Shown here: piece by piece, positions 62,152-64,000 of the stretch
Layout: each line of letters opens with the position of its first letter
Position numbering within the stretch: the first letter of the stretch is position 1
Source of the DNA: Clostridia bacterium
Lineage (GTDB): Bacteria > Bacillota > Clostridia > Oscillospirales > Acutalibacteraceae
Length of the DNA: 64,000 nucleotides
Assembly (NCBI GenBank): GCA_900770165.1
Contig: CAAGJJ010000037.1
Span: 3,113 to 67,112 of the forward strand
Reading direction: 5' to 3'
Translations under genes and position numbers: made by a program
Notes under the pieces: generated by a model
What the model saw: only the letters and a program-made list of their open reading frames with translations
Databases searched by the model: none
Told to the model about the DNA's origin: nothing

Positions 62152-62226
62152 AACATTTCCTCCTTCGACTTAATATCTTTCTATTTATTATAATATATAA
62201 TTTAAAAAATTCCAATACCCAATAAA

Positions 62227-62628
62227 CTATCTTTTAGATTTTTTATTAACTCCAGCTATTCCTCCTATTGCACCCATCAATAACATTAATGTCAATTTTA
62301 CTAATACTAATGTTGAAATTTCTCCGTTAGAAATCATAAGTCCTGCAATAAATACAACTGAAAACATAACAAAACCTGCAATCATGCCCCAAAAAAGTCC
62401 ATTGCTTTTTATAATTCTTGCAGTTATATATCCGCTTATAAAAGCACCTAATGCTATGGCAAACATAGTAAGAGGGGTAATAACTGTTGCAGAAATATTT
62501 TGCGATTTTACAAATAAAAAAGATGATATTACTAAAGTTAATATAGAGAAAAATGTACCCATAATAGTACCCGATAAAATTGCTTTAACGGCTTTTGTTA
62601 AATTATTTTCTGATTTATCGTATCTCAA
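62227..62628 (-). CDS. Small four-TM membrane protein
   Basis: 133 aa, hydrophobic; sits between yajC and the SCIFF gene. Confidence 0.6.
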   Translation of the reverse strand: MRYDKSENNLTKAVKAILSGTIMGTFFSILTLVISSFLFVKSQNISATVITPLTMFAIALGAFISGYITARIIKSNGLFWGMIAGFVMFSVVFIAGLMISNGEISTLVLVKLTLMLLMGAIGGIAGVNKKSKR

Positions 62629-62687
62629 TTAATATACCCCCAAAGAATATGTTTGTAATAAATATTCCTTAGGGGATAAGATTATTC

Positions 62688-63020
62688 TTATTTTGTTTTT
62701 TCGTTTACATTAGCATTGTTTTTACCAGCAATAGCCCAATTTTTTATATGTAGTTTGCTTCTATCTATGCTAGTTTCAATAATAACAGAATCAGAATCAT
62801 TTTTTATGCTTACAATCTTACCAACAATTCCACCAATAGTAGTAATTTCATCGCCTATTTGTAAGCTTTTTCTCATTTCATCTTCTTGTTTTTTCTTTTT
62901 TTGCTGTGGTCTCATTAAAACAAAGTATAAACCACCGAATATAACTGCATATAATAATACTGTAATCCAAAGTTGATTTCCTTCCATACCTAAAGAGAAA
63001 GCTAATTGATTTAATGTCAT
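62688..63020 (-). CDS. yajC: Preprotein translocase subunit YajC
   Basis: Single TM helix followed by the YajC motif LQIGDEITTIGGIVGKIVSI. Confidence 0.88.
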   Translation of the reverse strand: MTLNQLAFSLGMEGNQLWITVLLYAVIFGGLYFVLMRPQQKKKKQEDEMRKSLQIGDEITTIGGIVGKIVSIKNDSDSVIIETSIDRSKLHIKNWAIAGKNNANVNEKTK

Positions 63021-63089
63021 CTGAAATTTGCACCTCCAAAACTAATAGTATATATTATATCAGTAAATTTTTAATTATGCAAGATATAT

Positions 63090-64000
63090 TTAAATTCTAA
63101 GGCCCAATATATCTTTATATTTGTTATAAAATGGCATGAAGTTGCCTTCATCCATTGAATTTCTAATTCTTTCAAGCAGAGTGTTGTAGAAGTAAATATT
63201 ATGCATTACACATAATCTCATTGCAAGCATTTCTCCACTCTTAAATAAATGCCTAATGTAAGCTCTTGAATATTGCTGACATACGGGACAATCACAATTT
63301 TCATCTAAAGGTTTGTCATCTAATTCATATTTTTTATTAAGCATATTTCTACAGCCTTCCCATGTGAATACATGGCCGTGCCTTGCATTTCTACTTGGCA
63401 TAACGCAATCGAATAGGTCAACACCTCTTAATACAGATTCTAATATATTAACAGGTGTACCTACACCCATTAGATATCTTATTTTATTGTATGGCATGTA
63501 AGGATCTACTGTTTCTATTATTCTGTACATTTCATCAGCAGGTTCACCTACGGCTAAACCTCCAATTGCGTATCCATCTAAATCAAGTTCTCTAATTTGT
63601 TTCATATGTTCAATTCGTATATCTTCAAATGTACTTCCTTGATTTATACCAAAAAGCATTTGTTGTTTATTTATTGTATCATCAAGGGAATTAAGTCTGT
63701 CCATCTCGGCCTTACATCTTTTTAACCATCTTACGGTTCTAGCGCAAGAATTTTTTGTATAGTTATATTCTGCAGGGTTTTCAATACATTCATCAAATGC
63801 CATAGCTATTGTTGAAGCAAGATTAGATTGTATTTGCATACTTTCTTCAGGTCCCATAAATATTTTTCGACCATCTATGTGAGAAGAAAAAGTGACTCCA
63901 CTTTCTTCTATATTTCTTAATTTAGATAGAGAAAATACTTGAAATCCGCCACTATCTGTTAAAATTGGACCATTAAAACCAGTGAATTTTTGTAAGCCAC
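63090..64000 (-). CDS. tgt: Queuine tRNA-ribosyltransferase (3' part; the gene continues past the window end)
   Basis: Zinc-site motif CDCPVCQQYSRAYIRHL, the LAVGEP motif, and an open frame running to position 64000. Confidence 0.88.
   Translation of the reverse strand, partial: GLQKFTGFNGPILTDSGGFQVFSLSKLRNIEESGVTFSSHIDGRKIFMGPEESMQIQSNLASTIAMAFDECIENPAEYNYTKNSCARTVRWLKRCKAEMDRLNSLDDTINKQQMLFGINQGSTFEDIRIEHMKQIRELDLDGYAIGGLAVGEPADEMYRIIETVDPYMPYNKIRYLMGVGTPVNILESVLRGVDLFDCVMPSRNARHGHVFTWEGCRNMLNKKYELDDKPLDENCDCPVCQQYSRAYIRHLFKSGEMLAMRLCVMHNIYFYNTLLERIRNSMDEGNFMPFYNKYKDILGLRI

Overview
This is an AT-rich (roughly 28-30% GC) chromosomal window from an endospore-forming low-GC Firmicute, with Clostridia-type gene content. 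Most of it is housekeeping. In order, it holds hppA, a tRNA-Gly, feoAB plus a DtxR-family repressor, alaS, HIT, a PRTase, comEC, holA, an RNase M5-like Toprim protein, ftsK, uppP, a TepA-like peptidase, ptsH-ptsI-crr-EIICB, hcp, a P-type ATPase, ylmC, cwlD, rpmB, dCMP deaminase, spoIVB-spo0A, groESL with a CIRCE operator, nifU-nifS, rnhA, rplS with its L19 leader, two tandem signal peptidase I genes, rbgA, rnhB, yraN, an M19 dipeptidase, thrC, tig-clpP-clpX-lon-engB-lysA, a spoIIM-like gene, proC, yajC and a partial tgt. Non-core content is concentrated in four places. The first is a decayed group II intron reverse-transcriptase remnant lying after the hppA terminators and abutting tRNA-Gly(CCC). 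The second is a higher-GC insertion at about 24.1-25.4 kb carrying a membrane protein with a consensus promoter. The third is an accessory island at about 27.1-32.1 kb: a small Cys-containing peptide ORF, a secreted BspA-type LRR protein with near-identical 138-bp tandem repeats, a 739-aa lysine-rich orphan protein carrying a putative permuted papain-like (PPPDE/C97- or LRAT-like) His...Cys motif, and a ~1.3 kb stretch of gene fragments. The fourth is a SCIFF ribosomal-peptide locus: a 47-aa six-cysteine peptide gene that is absent from the ORF track, sitting next to its radical-SAM/SPASM maturase between yajC and proC. Regulatory signals visible in the sequence include a palindromic operator over the feoA -10 element, a promoter-plus-terminator leader in front of alaS, CIRCE in front of groES, the L19 leader, and many intrinsic terminators. 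The ComEC C-terminal MBL motif is degenerate, while a standalone ComEC-type MBL protein with an intact motif is encoded nearby. No CRISPR arrays or rRNA genes are present.
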